NCBI RefSeq assembly: GCF_030028105.1
Contig: NC_092392.1
Coordinates: 30,949,119 to 31,013,118, forward strand
Direction: 5' to 3'
Length of the DNA: 64,000 nucleotides
Origin: Mobula birostris
Taxonomy: Eukaryota
Of this stretch, positions 1 through 12,379 are shown piece by piece. The notes under the pieces are model-generated. The model ran no database searches. It was not told the origin of the DNA and worked only from the letters and a program-made list of their open reading frames with translations. How positions within the stretch are numbered: position 1 is the stretch's first letter; each line of letters starts with the position of its first letter. The position numbers and the translations under genes are program-made.

Positions 1-177
1 TTGATTTAAGTTTTCACGATATTAAGGGAGACTCTTACAAGGAACAGAATGACTTCTACTGGTTAGGGAGTCTAGGACCAAATGCCATAAATCTAAAAAG
101 TTTAGAGTCAGCCATTTTGTACTTAAAGAAGTTAAAACTTCTACAACACAAAATGTTCTGCAGATGCTGGGGTCAAA

Positions 178-352
178 GCAACACTCACTACAAGCTGGAG
201 GAACTCAGCAGGTCAGGGAGCATCCGTGGAAATGAACAGTCAACGTTTCGGGCCAGAACCTGATGAGGGGTTCCGGCCCGAACTGTTGATTTTTCATTTC
301 CACGGATGCTGCCCGACCTGCTGAGTTCCTCCAGCTTGTAGTGAGTGTTGCT
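178..352. repeat. Fold-back (inverted) pair of Penelope-like element termini
   Basis: gcaacactcactacaagctggaggaactcagcagg... is mirrored by ...cctgctgagttcctccagcttgtagtgagtgttgc; degenerate CTGATGA...GAA core in the middle. Confidence 0.75.
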
Positions 353-554
353 AAAACTTCTACAAGCAGTATACAAAGTTGAAAGTCTCATCAAATGGAA
401 ATCAATAATCAGAAAATTGTTAACATTGAAGGTTGATACAGTACAAATCTGTTTCCAGAGGTATAAAGGGACACAGAGAATAGACAGGTGAATGGAACTA
501 AGCCAAAGATCTACCATAATCTCACTAAATGATAGAACAGGATTTAGGGGCTAA

Positions 555-1520
555 AGTAACACACAGAAAATGCTTGAGGAATTCAGCAGGTCAGGTATCT
601 ATGGAAATGAATAAACAGTAGACGTGTCAGGCCAATACCCTTCTTCAGGACTGAAAAGTAAGGGGGAAGACCACAGAATAAAAATACGTGGGGAGGGGAG
701 GGAGGATAGCTAGGTGATAGGTGAAACCAGGTGGGTTAGAAAGTTAAAGGGCTGGAGAAGAAGGAATCTGATGAGAGAGGAGAGTAGATCATTGGAGAAA
801 GGGAAGGAGGAGGGGACCCGAAGGAAGTGAAAGGCAAGTGAGAAGAGTAAAAGGCTAGAGTGAGGACTAGAACAGGCGAAGGGGAGGTAATTTTTTTTTT
901 AACCAGAAGGAGAAATCAAAATCCATGCCATCAGGTTGGAGGCTATCCAAACAGATAATAAGGTTTTGCTTCTCCACTCCGAGGGTGGCCTCATCTTAGC
1001 ACATGGACCAAAACTTCAGAACTGGAAAGGGAAATCGGAATTCAAATGTTTGGCTACTGGGAAGTTCCACATTTGGCAGATGGAGCCGAAGTGCTTGATG
1101 AAGTACTCCCTCAATTTACTACGGGTCTCACCAATGTAGAGGATGCTGCATCGGGAGCACCAAACAGAATTGCCTCACGTAGACACGAGGAATTCTGCAG
1201 ATGCCAGAAATTCAAGCAACACACATCAAGGTTGCTGGTGAACGCAGCAGGCCAGGCAGCATCTCTAGGAAGAGGTACAGTCGACGTTTCGGGCCGAGAC
1301 CCTTCGTCAGACTGCCTGGCCTGCTGCGTTCACCAGCAACTTTGATGTGTGTTGCCTCACATAGAAGGACTATCTGGGGCCCTGAAAGGGAGGAGGTAAA
1401 TGGTCAGGTGTAGCACTTAGGCCACTTGCAGGGATAAGTGCCGGGTGAGGTATCCATAGAAAAGGAAGCCACAGAGGGAACGATCCCTGTGGACAGTGGA
1501 AAGAGGAGGGTAGGTAAAGG
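555..1520 (-). mobile_element. Degraded Penelope-like element 3' fragment with a nested fold-back terminus (about 1190-1355)
   Basis: Shares ccatcaggttggaggcta and purine-rich UTR blocks with the 4755-5965 copy; no intact ORF. Confidence 0.7.
1278..1314 (-). ncRNA. Minimal type I hammerhead ribozyme motif (Penelope terminal repeat)
   Basis: Minus strand reads CAGT-CTGACGA-AGGGTCTCGGCCC-GAAAC-GTC-GACTG; one C short of the family consensus in stem I. Confidence 0.55.
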
Positions 1521-2039
1521 AACTAAATGGGTTTCTTTCACTCCTCTTCCCTGACTCCTTGATCCTTACTCAAAATAAAACAATAAGTGATGATTATGCA
1601 GGCCCAAATTAAGCAAAGAATATAAATACACAATATTATTTCTCCAGGTATACTATCTGAAGTTTATACATAAAATTAACGAAGTTAAAAGTTAAAGGCA
1701 TCTAATTTCTTCTACCAAAGCCCCTCCATTTCCTCAAAAGGTTCTTCACAAAATTTTATATATAAGTTAGGTTTAAAAGACAAAATTACTGGTTGAAATT
1801 TCTGAATCTATAAATTAAATGACAAATTATGATGCGTTAACCTTTGAGAAATACAATTTATTTTACAGTCATATTTAGATTGGCAGTCGCTATGGACACT
1901 GAGCATTTAATTTCAATTATAATACATTTCTACCACATAATAAACTTCAAACTGAAATACATTTCCACTTACAGATAAAACGCTAATTTTATACAATTTT
2001 ATACAGAGAGGCGAATCATCATGAATAATGTTATACATA

Positions 2040-2512
2040 TATATAGAGCTAGGGTGCCTAAGACTTTAGCACAGTACCGTACAGGTAGTAATTTTATGAC
2101 TACCGCAAAAAAAAACTTCATGATATAGGTGAGTGATGATAAACCTGATTCTGATATGGGTCTCTATTGTGGACTGAGAGTGGGAAGGGGGCAGGGAGAG
2201 GGGAAATCAAGGTTGGGAAAAGGGGCAAGGGAGAGGGGAGGGAGTGGGAAGTATGAGAGGAACATTCTGTAATGATCAATACGCCAACTGTTTGGAATCA
2301 ATGACCTTGCCCTGGGTCTCAGGATTGGATGTGTCTACACTCTCACCACACCCCAATTCTGGCACTCTTTCTCTGGTACCTGTCCCATGGCACTCCACCC
2401 TCACTAGATTTACAAAACTGTTCTCCACTACACATTGACAAATACAGTACTGTGCAAAAGTCTTAGGCACCCTAACTATGTATATCTAACTAAGACTTTT
2501 ACACAGTACTGT
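2040..2512. mobile_element. Tc1/mariner-type non-autonomous element (CAGTACTGTGCAAAAG termini)
   Basis: tacagtactgtgcaaaagtcttaggcac / cctaagacttttgcacagtactgta palindromic units; family recurs at about 16405-16950, 43635-44000 and 47690-48040. Confidence 0.6.
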
Positions 2513-3481
2513 AGAGAGCACTTTTCATACAGATGATATATTGCAAAATGCTTTACAATGGGATAATAGCACAAATATAAAAATAAGCATGAAAATAAAA
2601 GACAAAGAGATGTTAGTTAAAAGCAAGGTTAAATAAATAGGTTTTGAGCTGGTGTTTAAGAGTATAAACTGAGTGTGCATCCCTTATAGTTTTAGGTATT
2701 GAATTCCACAGTTTAGGAGCTTCGTTCAAAAAAGCTGATCTGCCAATTATTTTTTGACAGAGATGGTTTAAATTTAGAGACTGATAGAAGACCTGAGAGC
2801 TCTGGCAGGATTATAAGACAAAAAAACAATTTTGTGTTGTAGCAGACAGCATTTGAGATCAGGATTGGACCTGGATCACTGAAGCTGACAGTAATTGGCA
2901 TGAACTAGTATGACAATTTGCTGCTTTATAGAGCACGGTACAGTAGTGGTTAGCACAATGCTTTACAATGCTGGCAACCCACGTTCAATTACCACTGCCT
3001 ACAAGGAGACTGAACGCTCTCCCTGTGACTTCACGGGTTTCCTCCAACAGTCCAAAGATGTACCATCTGGTAGGTTAATTGGTCATTGTAAATTGTCCTG
3101 TGATTAGGCTAGGGTTAATTCAGGGGATTGCTGGGGGTCGTGGCTTGAAGGGCCGCACTATCTCAATAAAAGATAATAAAAAGTTTGGAACAAAGCACAA
3201 ATCAGATTGCCTTTTCTCAAAGTTCATTCAGTCTAATGGGAGTTCTTTCTTAACAATTCGTGGAAAGCTATTTTACAAAACTTTTTGAAAAATAGTTTAT
3301 TGAAAAGGAAACAAGGAATGGACTCTTTAAGATAGAACCATAATCAAATGTTCTCAGTGGTAGCTAAAGTGAAACAAATTGAGAATAATAAATTTTCAGT
3401 TCAGGCAACAAATGACATCTTAATTATTTGTCATAACACATACTGTTGATGAAAATATTATCTGACTAAATAGAACACTAT

Positions 3482-4708
3482 TTAGTCTTTGGGTCTGTTC
3501 CTTCTGTTGTGAGGAAATCCATGTTTCTTGACTTCTGGGATTTGCTCTTCAATAGTAACCCACTGACCCTGTTCATTTTTGATGAGGACTCCTAAGCAGC
3601 GAATCCCATCTCCCTTCTTACGTTTTGGAATTGGTTGGCCCATAATACATTCTAGCATCTTGTTATTTGACAGGCTCATACAGTATAGTTGAAAGTCATT
3701 TATCACATCATCTGTATAGTATTTTAAGATTTCCTCCCTTGGATACACAGGAATACATTCTTCCTTGTGACCATGCTTCCAGTGGTATTTCTGGCAGGCT
3801 TTACTACAGTAATATGTAAGGCGACAGGAGTCACAAGTACGGAAGTGACACTGGTTATTTTCCAGTTCGTTACAGAGTGGCGAAGAACATATGATGGGGA
3901 AGGTTTCAGGTGGCTTGGTTTCTGTGTCAGTAATTGTAGATATATACCTTGCTTTACGGTTATAATGCACATAAGGGTTTTTCTTGTATTCCTCAGGATC
4001 AGTGATAGCCTGAATGGCCTTTCTAGCAACATGTACCCCTGGCATCTCATATTCATCTTCCATTGACAAATAATGGATTATTTGGGGGAAAGAGGATCGA
4101 TCCCAGGTTTGCTTACAAATTGGAATGTGATAATGCTCAGCTAAAACCAACCATGCTTTCACAAGTAACCCAAGGTTCAACCGTTCATCGGATATTTTCC
4201 AAGCTACTTCCAAGCAGTTAAAGATTTGCAATTGGCAGATATATTTTATGTCATCTTCATTGCATAAGACTAGGCAATTGTAAAGGATTTTCAAGCACTC
4301 CTGCCAGATGAAGTGGCGTAGGTGAGTAATTTCACCGTCAAAGACGAGCATGATGCCAATATTTGTAACTATTCGGTATCTTTTATCCCACATCCGTTTA
4401 ATGCAAGGCATATAACAAGATATTCGCCGTAAGAAACCCAGAGCCTGAAAAAAGGTCGAATGAGAGTGAATCAGCTTCATGCTTCCTTCTGCAAAGCATT
4501 CGTCCACAAGCTCAGACCACGCGATTTCAGCAAAACGCTGGAAAAAGACGTGAGCTTCTGGCCGACAATCCTCAGCTCCAGTGATACCAATCTTCTCAAA
4601 CAGATCCAGCATGGTCGTATGTAGCTCCGACTGGGCCTCGAAGGTATCTTGTAGAATGAGTCGCATTATACGTTTAACCAAGTTGTCGATGGAGTCCCCC
4701 ATCATCAT
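3482..4708 (-). CDS. Single-coding-exon MYND zinc-finger protein (408 aa), uncharacterised
   Basis: Intact 1227-nt ORF; MYND signature CSSPLC...CDSC....YCSKACQKYHWKHGHKEEC; polypyrimidine tract plus cag acceptor immediately before the ATG (4709-4710); minus-strand AATAAA near 3296-3301. Confidence 0.85.
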   Translation of the reverse strand: MMMGDSIDNLVKRIMRLILQDTFEAQSELHTTMLDLFEKIGITGAEDCRPEAHVFFQRFAEIAWSELVDECFAEGSMKLIHSHSTFFQALGFLRRISCYMPCIKRMWDKRYRIVTNIGIMLVFDGEITHLRHFIWQECLKILYNCLVLCNEDDIKYICQLQIFNCLEVAWKISDERLNLGLLVKAWLVLAEHYHIPICKQTWDRSSFPQIIHYLSMEDEYEMPGVHVARKAIQAITDPEEYKKNPYVHYNRKARYISTITDTETKPPETFPIICSSPLCNELENNQCHFRTCDSCRLTYYCSKACQKYHWKHGHKEECIPVYPREEILKYYTDDVINDFQLYCMSLSNNKMLECIMGQPIPKRKKGDGIRCLGVLIKNEQGQWVTIEEQIPEVKKHGFPHNRRNRPKD

Positions 4709-4754
4709 CTGCAGGATATAACAAGTTATTCAAAACAGGAAAAAAAACACTAAT

Positions 4755-5965
4755 GTGAGCCACACACATAAAAAATGCTGGTGAATGCAGGAGGCCAGGC
4801 AGCATCTACAGTCAATGTTTTGGTCCGAGACCCTTCATCAGGACCAACTGAAAGAAGAGATAGTAAGAGATTTGAAAGTTGGAGGGGGAGGGGGAGATCT
4901 GAAATGATAGGAGAAGACAGGAGGGGGAGGGATGGAGCCAAGAGCTGGACAGCTGATTGGCAAAGGGGATACGAGGCTGGAGAAGGGAGAGGATCATGGG
5001 ACGGGAGGCCTGGGGAGAAAGAAAGGGGAAGGGGGGCCCAGAGGATGGGCAAGGAGTTATAGTGACAGGGACAGAGGGAGAAGAAATATATAATAATAAA
5101 TAAATAAGGGATTGGGTACAAAGGGGAGGTGGGGCATTACTGGAAATTAGAGAAGTCAATGTTCATGCCATCAGGTTGGAGGCTACCCAGATGGAATATA
5201 AGGTGTTGTTCCTCCAACCTGAGTGTGGCTTCCTCTTGACAGTAGAGGAGGCCGTGGATAGACATATCAGAATGGGAATGGGACGTGGAATTTAAATGTG
5301 TGGCCACTGGGAGATCCTGCTTTCTCTGGTGGACAGAGCATAGGTGTTCAGCAAAACAGTCTCCCAGCTTGTGTCGGGTCTCGCCAATATACAGAAGGCC
5401 ACATCGGGAGCACCAGACGCAGTATATCCTCCCAGCTGACTCACAGGTGAAGTGTCGCCTCACCTGGAAGGACTGTCTGGGGCCCTGAATGGTGGTGAGG
5501 GAGGAAGTGTAAGGGCATGTGTAGCACTTGTTCCGCTTACAAGAATAAATGTCAGGAGGAAGATCGGTGGGAAGGGATGGGGTGGGGGGAAATGACTGGA
5601 CAAGGGAGTTGTGTAGGGAGCGATCCCTGCGGAAAGCAGAAGGGGGGGGGGGGAGGGAAAGATGTGCTTAGTGGTGGGATCCCGTTGGAGGTGGCAGAAG
5701 TTACAGAGAATTATATGTTGGACCCGGAGGCTGGAGGAGTAGTGGATGAGGACAAGGGAAACCCTATTCCTAGTGGGGTGGCAGGAGGATGGGGTGAGAG
5801 CAGATGTGCGTAAAATGGGGGAGGTGCGTTTGAGAGCAGAGTTGATGGTGGAGGAAAGGAAGCCCCTTTCTTTAAAAAAGAACACCTCCTTCGTCCTGGA
5901 ATGAAAAGCCTCATCCTGAGAGCAGATGCAGCGGAGACGGAGGAATTGCTTGAAGGGGATGGCGT
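4755..5965 (-). mobile_element. 5'-truncated Penelope-like retroelement with GIY-YIG endonuclease remnant
   Basis: ORF 5137-5463 FTCESAGRIYCVWCSRCGLLYIGET...LPVATHLN...RLEEQHLIFHLGSLQPDGMN is typical of Penelope GIY-YIG; 3' terminus carries a decayed hammerhead motif at about 4808-4845. Confidence 0.85.
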
Positions 5966-5971
5966 TTTAAT

Positions 5972-6130
5972 AAAGGGGAGAGGGGAGTGAACGGAGAAGG
6001 GGGAGGGTGACGGGGAGGGTGACGGGGAGGGGGAACGGGGGGAGGGAACCGGGGGAGAGGGGAGTGAACAGAGGAGGGGGAGGGTGAACGGGGGGGGGAG
6101 GGGAGATGGGGGGATATGGGGGAGGGGTGA
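5972..6130 (+). repeat. G-rich low-complexity tract (G-quadruplex-prone)
   Basis: Many G4-G8 runs, with imperfect units such as ggggagggtgac. Confidence 0.75.
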
Positions 6131-6161
6131 AGAGGAAGTCCGTCTTGGCCAGACCACCCAC

Positions 6162-6560
6162 CTGAACCGGTTACTAGGCGCTGTGCCAGCCACCTGCCTC
6201 GCTTGTGGTTACTAACGCAATCGAAGTTCCGGGTGAAGAGAGCGGCCGTATCCCACTACCAGAAGGGGCCCATACCACCCCGTCCATCACACCGCCTCTA
6301 TGTAACCCCTCAGCACCAACCTCCAGTCGTTGTTTGTAAGCGACTTCACCCTTTTCTTGTTTCGGCCGCGTACTCCGTCCGGCCTTCTCTGCAGCCGCCG
6401 CCATCGTTACTTCGAGCAGGAGCACTCTCCGGATCGTGCTGCCATCTACAGGCTGGGAAGAGCAGGTGCATCCGCCGGACCGTGCTGCCACCTGCAGGCT
6501 GGGAAGAGCAGGCGCACTGCAGTACAAGCCTGGCTCCGGTGCTGGCAGGGCAATCGGATC
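6162..6560 (-). promoter_or_regulatory. CpG-rich promoter and first exon, probably of the MYND gene
   Basis: High CpG density; donor cag|gtgggt at 6162/6161; YY1-like GATGGCGGCG at about 6396-6405; ETS-like CCGGAA near 6226-6232. Confidence 0.6.
6429..6520. repeat. Two-copy 46-bp tandem duplication
   Basis: ccggatcgtgctgccatctacaggctgggaagagcaggtgcatccg followed by ccggaccgtgctgccacctgcaggctgggaagagcaggcgcactgc. Confidence 0.85.
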
Positions 6561-6873
6561 AAAGGTCACAATAAATTTATTATCAAAGTACGTATTTGTC
6601 ACCATATACTATTTTGAATTTCATTTTCTTGCAGGCATTCACAGTAGAAAAGAGAAATACAATAAAATCAATGAAAAGCTACATACAAAGTTTGACTAAC
6701 AATCAATGTGTGAAAGAAGAAAAATATGCAAATAATAAATAGACAATACTGAGAACCTGAGTTCTTGAACGTGGGTCTATAGGTTGTGGAATCCATTCAG
6801 AGTTGGGGTGAGTGAAGTTATCCACTCTGGTTCGGGAGCCTGAAGGTTGAGGGGTAATTACTGTTCCTGAACC

Positions 6874-8206
6874 CAGACATCCCACCTCTCCCAGAAGATC
6901 CGGGAGTCTCCCACATATAGATAGTGGCTCCCCGACTCCCGGAAATTATATACAATATCCCGGAAATAGAATTTTTTGAGAGGGAGATGGAGAGGGAGAG
7001 CAAGCATCCTGATTGGTCTCTCTTCGTGCTAAGAGTGGTCCTCAACCACCGGGCCGTGAGGAAACAATATGATTTGGCGATATGAAATGATATGAGTCAT
7101 TTGCACCTTTCCTCATTCCCTGTCACGCACCGTTGAACTTGAACGCACGCGAGGTCATTACCCACGCGTCATCCATGTCAGCACGGGAAGGAGATCAACT
7201 CCTTGAGCTTGTAAATGACGACAGGCTGAAAAGTTTGTTTGACATAACATCTTTGCCGGCATTCTGGATCAAAGTCAAGGCCAAATATCCTGAGATAGCC
7301 ACGAAAGCACTGAAAACGTTGCTTCCATTTCCAACATCATATCGCTGCGAAGCAGAGTTTTCTGCAATGAATGCAACAAAAACTAAATTGCGGAATAGAC
7401 TGGACATAAAGAACCCCCTTCGAGTATCGCTGTCTCCTATCACCCCTCGATGGGACAGTCTTGTTGCAGGAAAACAAGCCCAGGTCTCCCACTGATTCAG
7501 CGATATTGGTGTGTTGCAATGATATGTTCATACGGGGAAAATATGCGCTGTGTGTTTAATATCCAAACGTTACTTAAAATGTTATGATGCTATTGACTTA
7601 TCACCTATATTCCGTTGTGATTAACACCTCCCACCCCCCGGGTCGGCCAGTCCGCAAGAATATTGTCAATATTAACCCGATCTGCGGTGCAAAAAATGTT
7701 GGGGACCCCTGCTAGGTAGACCTATCAGTTTTCTCTGTGGGCGGGCTTTACAGTCGACCTCAAAAATAATGACAGTGTTGCTCACTGCACTGTTTGCAAC
7801 AGTGACTTTTCTATTGCGCATGGTGGGTTAAAATGTAAAAGACATGTTGAGGTGAGTTTAACAGGTGTCATTACGTTAATTAAGCTAACGTTATTTAAAC
7901 TAACTGGCTAGCTGCTAGGGAGCTACTCTATTGATGCCCTACGTGATGAGGCCAAACTCTCTGTAGACTTGCTTAAAGTTATAATAGAATAAACATAATA
8001 ATATAAGTACAATGTCACATTTGCTGCATATACCCAACTTGGTTTACAGATTCGACAAAATCACTAAACAAAGTATTACATACACCCTTGGAGGTCGATG
8101 GGCGGGGGGTGGGGGTGTGGTATGGTGTTGCGGGAAGGGGGGGGCTACCTCCCTGAAATGGTGGTGATACCTCCCTGAAATGAGTTTTTGCAGGGTGCGA
8201 TGTCTG
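6874..8206. mobile_element. Non-autonomous DNA transposon with CAGACAT termini and about 6-bp TSD
   Basis: Starts cagacatccc, ends gatgtctg; flanks tgaacc/tgaact; second copy at 30298-30845. Confidence 0.7.
7033..7711 (+). mobile_element. Internally deleted hAT (Charlie/Buster-like) transposon nested in the previous element
   Basis: ORF 7133-7495 FWIKVKAKYPEIATKALKTLLPFPTSYRCEAEFSAM...KLRNRLD is the hAT C-terminal dimerisation domain; termini gagtggtcctcaacc / gttggggacccctg. Confidence 0.85.
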
Positions 8207-8803
8207 TGAACTTAACTTGAGACTCCTGTCCCTCCTTCCTAGTAGCAGCAGTGAGAAGAGAGCATGGCATGGATGGTGGGTATTCTCGATGGTGGCAGCG
8301 CTCTCTGCTCTGCTCAATTCTGCTCAGTGGTGGGGACTGGGTTGTATCTACTACTTTCTGTTGGTTTTTCCATTCCAGGCCATGATGCAACCACTCTCTA
8401 CGGAAATTTGTTGAAGTTTTAGATGGCAGGCCAAATCTGCGCAAACTTCTAAAACACCAGGACTGTTGTTGTGCCTCCTTTGTGACGGCAAATTCGTGCT
8501 GGTCCTGGGACTGGAACGTCGACTCAGACCATGAGAGGCCTGCGTGGGACATTTTCATGCCTTACAAGGCACAGATTGGAGGTCTGTGTGGGGCGCCACT
8601 CCTCGCACAGACTAGAGCAATGTGTGATTAAGTGCCTTGTTCAAGGACACAAACACACTGCCACTGGGACAGATCCTCTGATATCAGAATCAGATTTAAT
8701 ATCACTGGCATATGTCATGAAATATTGTTAACTTAATGGCAACAGTACAATGCAATACATGACAATATGGGAAATAAATAAATCAATCAATTACAGTCAG
8801 TGC

Positions 8804-8835
<32 letters not shown>

Positions 8836-10390
8836 ATTCAATAGTTAAACTAAAAATAGTGCAAAAACAGAAATAATAGAAGTGAGATAGTGTTCATGAG
8901 TTCAATGTTCATTTAGAAATTGTATGGCGGGGGGAAGAAGCTGTTCCTGAATCGTTGAGTGTGCGCCTTCAGGCTTCTGTGGTTTCTTCCTGATGGTAAC
9001 AATGAGAAGAGGGCATGTCCTGGGTGATGGGGGTCATCAGTGATGGAGACCGCCTTTCTGAGACACCACTCCTTGAAGATATTTTGGATACTGTGGAGGC
9101 TAGTACCCATGATGGAGCTGACTAAGTTTACAGCTTTCTGTAGCTTATTTCGATCCTGTGCAGCAGCCCCCCACCCCTCTATACTGCACTGTGGTGCAGC
9201 CAGTCAGAATGCTCTCCATGGTACACCTGTAGAAATTTGCGAGTGTCCTCAAACTCCTAATGAAATATAGCTGCTCTTGCGCCTTCTTTGTAGCTGCATT
9301 GATATGCTGGGTCCAGGCACACGCAAGGCCTAGCCATTAGCAGAAGGCATGTTTGCCACTCTTTCAGAACACACTGCCAATATTTAGGTACAATTATTGA
9401 CTAATCCTGGCTACTTGAACCTGTTATCTTCAATGGAGCAGAAAGGCTTGCCTCACTAAACCCAAAGTTAATGTAGGTACTTAACCCAAATCTGCTGGAA
9501 TCACAAAATTTTCTTAAAATTTAATATAAAGTTTAATTGATTTTTATGATTATGTGAGAAATGGAATCCCATACATTTATTTTGCAATGGTAATATCTTA
9601 TGTAATCCATTTTATATAAGTCACCAAAGTTATTTTTCCCCAGTGCATCACTTAAAGACTTTCTGTCTGCTGGAGTCAAAGAGGCTAATTACTTAAATGT
9701 TTTGTTGAAACTGACAACTTGTTTCTGTTTTAATATCCCTAAGGCCAGATAAGATTATGGAGTTCTGATGCCCCTGTGTCTTATCAGTATCAGCAGCCGA
9801 CTACAAACAGCAGACAAAAGGGTGCAAGGGGCAGACAAGGTAATCACGCTTACTTTCCTGATTGTCTGTTCTGAAGTGAGTCTGAACAGACTGTAATGTT
9901 TTGGTGTTGAGAATTTTCTTTGGAGTCATTCCTATTTAACATGGTGCTGCTGGTGATGTGTGTCAGCTAGACTTTTATCTATCATTATTTTCTTCAGAAT
10001 CAGAATCACTTTATTGCCAGTCTGTGAAACATACCAGCACTGATTTTGGTTCGGTGTCAATCTTAGAACACAGGACAATACCATAACAGACAACACTATA
10101 GCAAACAACAACTTACAAGACAATAGTTCGTTCAGGAATTAAAGTTTAATTTCATTAATTGTAACTGAAAAGCAGGAGCAAATTTTCACAGAGGCACCAT
10201 GGAGTGCATTCTAACTGGCTGCATTACAGTCTAGTATGGAGGGGCTACTGCACAGGATCGAAATAAGCTGCAGAGCAGAGAGTTGTAAACTCAAACAACA
10301 GGAATTCTGCAGATGCTGGAAATTCAAGCAACACACATCAAAGTTGCTGGTGAATGCAGCAGGCCAAGCAGCATCTGTAGGAAGAGGTGC

Positions 10391-10426
10391 AGTCGACGTT
10401 TCAGGCCGAGACCCTTCGTCAGGACT
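10391..10426 (-). ncRNA. Minimal type I hammerhead ribozyme motif (Penelope terminal repeat)
   Basis: Minus strand reads AGTC-CTGACGA-AGGGTCTCGGCCT-GAAAC-GTC-GACT; core intact, 4-bp stem I. Confidence 0.6.
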
Positions 10427-11579
10427 CAGTCAGCTCCACCATGGGCACTAGCCTCTGTAGTGTTCAGGACATCTTCAAGGGACAACAACTCAAAAAGGCG
10501 GCATCCATCTATCATCACCCAGGACACACCTTGTTCTCATTGCTACCATCAGGGAGAAGGCACACAGTCAACAATTCAGGAACAACTTCTACCCCTCTGC
10601 CATCCGATTTCTGAACATTGAACCTATTGGACGCTACCTCACTACTATATACATATATAAATAATTAAATAAGTAGTGCAAACTTAGAAATTTTAAAAAA
10701 CTAATTCAGTTTAATTGCAATTCAGTTTTTTTATTTTCTATTTTTATGTATTGCTTATGTTTTGCTCTATCGTACTGCTGCTGCAAAGACAACAAATTTC
10801 ATAATATATTCCGGTGATATTAAACCTGGTGTTGATCCTGATTCATATGTTTTGATTGTTAAGTCCTATCTATTTTTTATACCTAACGGGACTACCATTA
10901 GCAATACATTGAAGTGGGACAAGCCCAGTAGAGATTGTTCTTTCCCCACCAGCTTAGGAAACTTAGTATCTCAGACTGTATCCTGATAAATTTTTACTCA
11001 GTCATCATTGAGAGCGTGGTGATCACCTCTATCCCTGTTTGGTTTCCTGCCACCTCCTCCCTCTCCAAATCCAGGTCCATTCAGTGGGGAAGATCATTGG
11101 CTGTCAGCTACTGACATTAGGAGAGACCTGTTCATCACCAGAGTGAAGAAAAGAGCTGAAAAATTTACTGCTAACTCCACACCCACCCCAGCAGTCACCT
11201 ATTCACCACTTCAGGGAAGTGCTAAAAGCTCATCACCACCATGACTACCAGTCATCTCTGAAACTTCTTTCCTGCAGCTATCCAGCTTCTCAACAAAACT
11301 AACTCAGGTTTAATACCCTAACTGTCCCTGGACAACATCTGTTAAATGATCTTCCCTGCTCCTTTTGTCCTGTTGATAATTATTGAGTCTGTTCATATCT
11401 TCACATTTAGGTTTGATTATTGACATTTGCACGTGTGACCATTCTGCTAATTGTTGATGGCTCATGGCATGGTTTGTGCTATTGTCTTGTAAATTATTGG
11501 TTGCTATTGTGTTGTCTGTTATGGTATTGTCCTGTGTTTTATGCTTGGCACCGAACCACAATCAATTCTGGTATGTTGC

Positions 11580-12080
11580 ATGCCAGAGGGTTCAGAGGAG
11601 GTTCATGGAAATGATCCTGGGATTGAAAAGCTTATCATATAAAGAATGTTTGATGGCCCTGGGCCCGTACTTACTGGAATTCAGAAGAAAGAGGGTGGAC
11701 CTCACTGAAACCTATCAAATGGTGAAAGGCCTCAATAGAGTGGATGTGGAGAGGATGTTTCTTATGGTGGGGGGCAGTCTAAAACCAGAAGACACTGCCT
11801 CAGAATAAAGGGTCATTGATTTAGAACAGAGATGAGGAGGAATTTCTTTAGCCAGAGAGCGGTGAATCTGTGGAATTTGTTGCCACAGGCCGCTGTGGAG
11901 GCCAAGTCATTTCAGTACATTTAAGGCGGAGGTTGATAGATTCTTGACTGGTCAGTGCATGAAGGGTTACAGGGAGAAGGCAGCAGATTGGGACTGAGAG
12001 GGAAATGGATTAGCCATGATGAAATGGCGGAGCAGACTCGATGGGCCAAATGGCCTATATCCTATATTTTATGGTCTTAT
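11580..12080 (+). mobile_element. CR1-type LINE 3' fragment inserted in an older LINE tail
   Basis: RVQRRFMEMILGLKSLSYKECLMALG...LEFRRKRVDL is the CR1 ORF2 C-terminus, followed by its 3' UTR. Confidence 0.75.
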
Positions 12081-12379
12081 GATTTCACATACTGGCAATA
12101 AAGTGATTCTCATTCTGAAAAATCACTACCAGTTGAACAAGTGACTATCTTTTGAAAATATCCAAGTTTCATATTTATAATTAGATGACTACAATGGAAG
12201 AGTGCCAGACTGTGAGTCTGTATAGAGGCACCAGTCTGTGGGACTGATGTGGCATGCTTGATCCTAATGGTCGCAGAGGAGTCCTATCTACCTGACTGCA
12301 AACACGTATGAATGTAAAGTCACAAGTCTGGCATGGCATTAACGAACTACGGTCAAACACCTCCACTACATATGGAGTC

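Noticed and set aside
5711-6193. Proline-rich 160-aa ORF
   Set aside because: It is the translation of the G/C-rich tract plus Penelope sequence, and lies mostly downstream of a splice donor.
9984-12120. Inverted similarity between about 9990-10125 and about 11475-11585
   Set aside because: Both are 3' tails of the same LINE-like family ending in attctga repeats, so this is an ordinary dispersed repeat.
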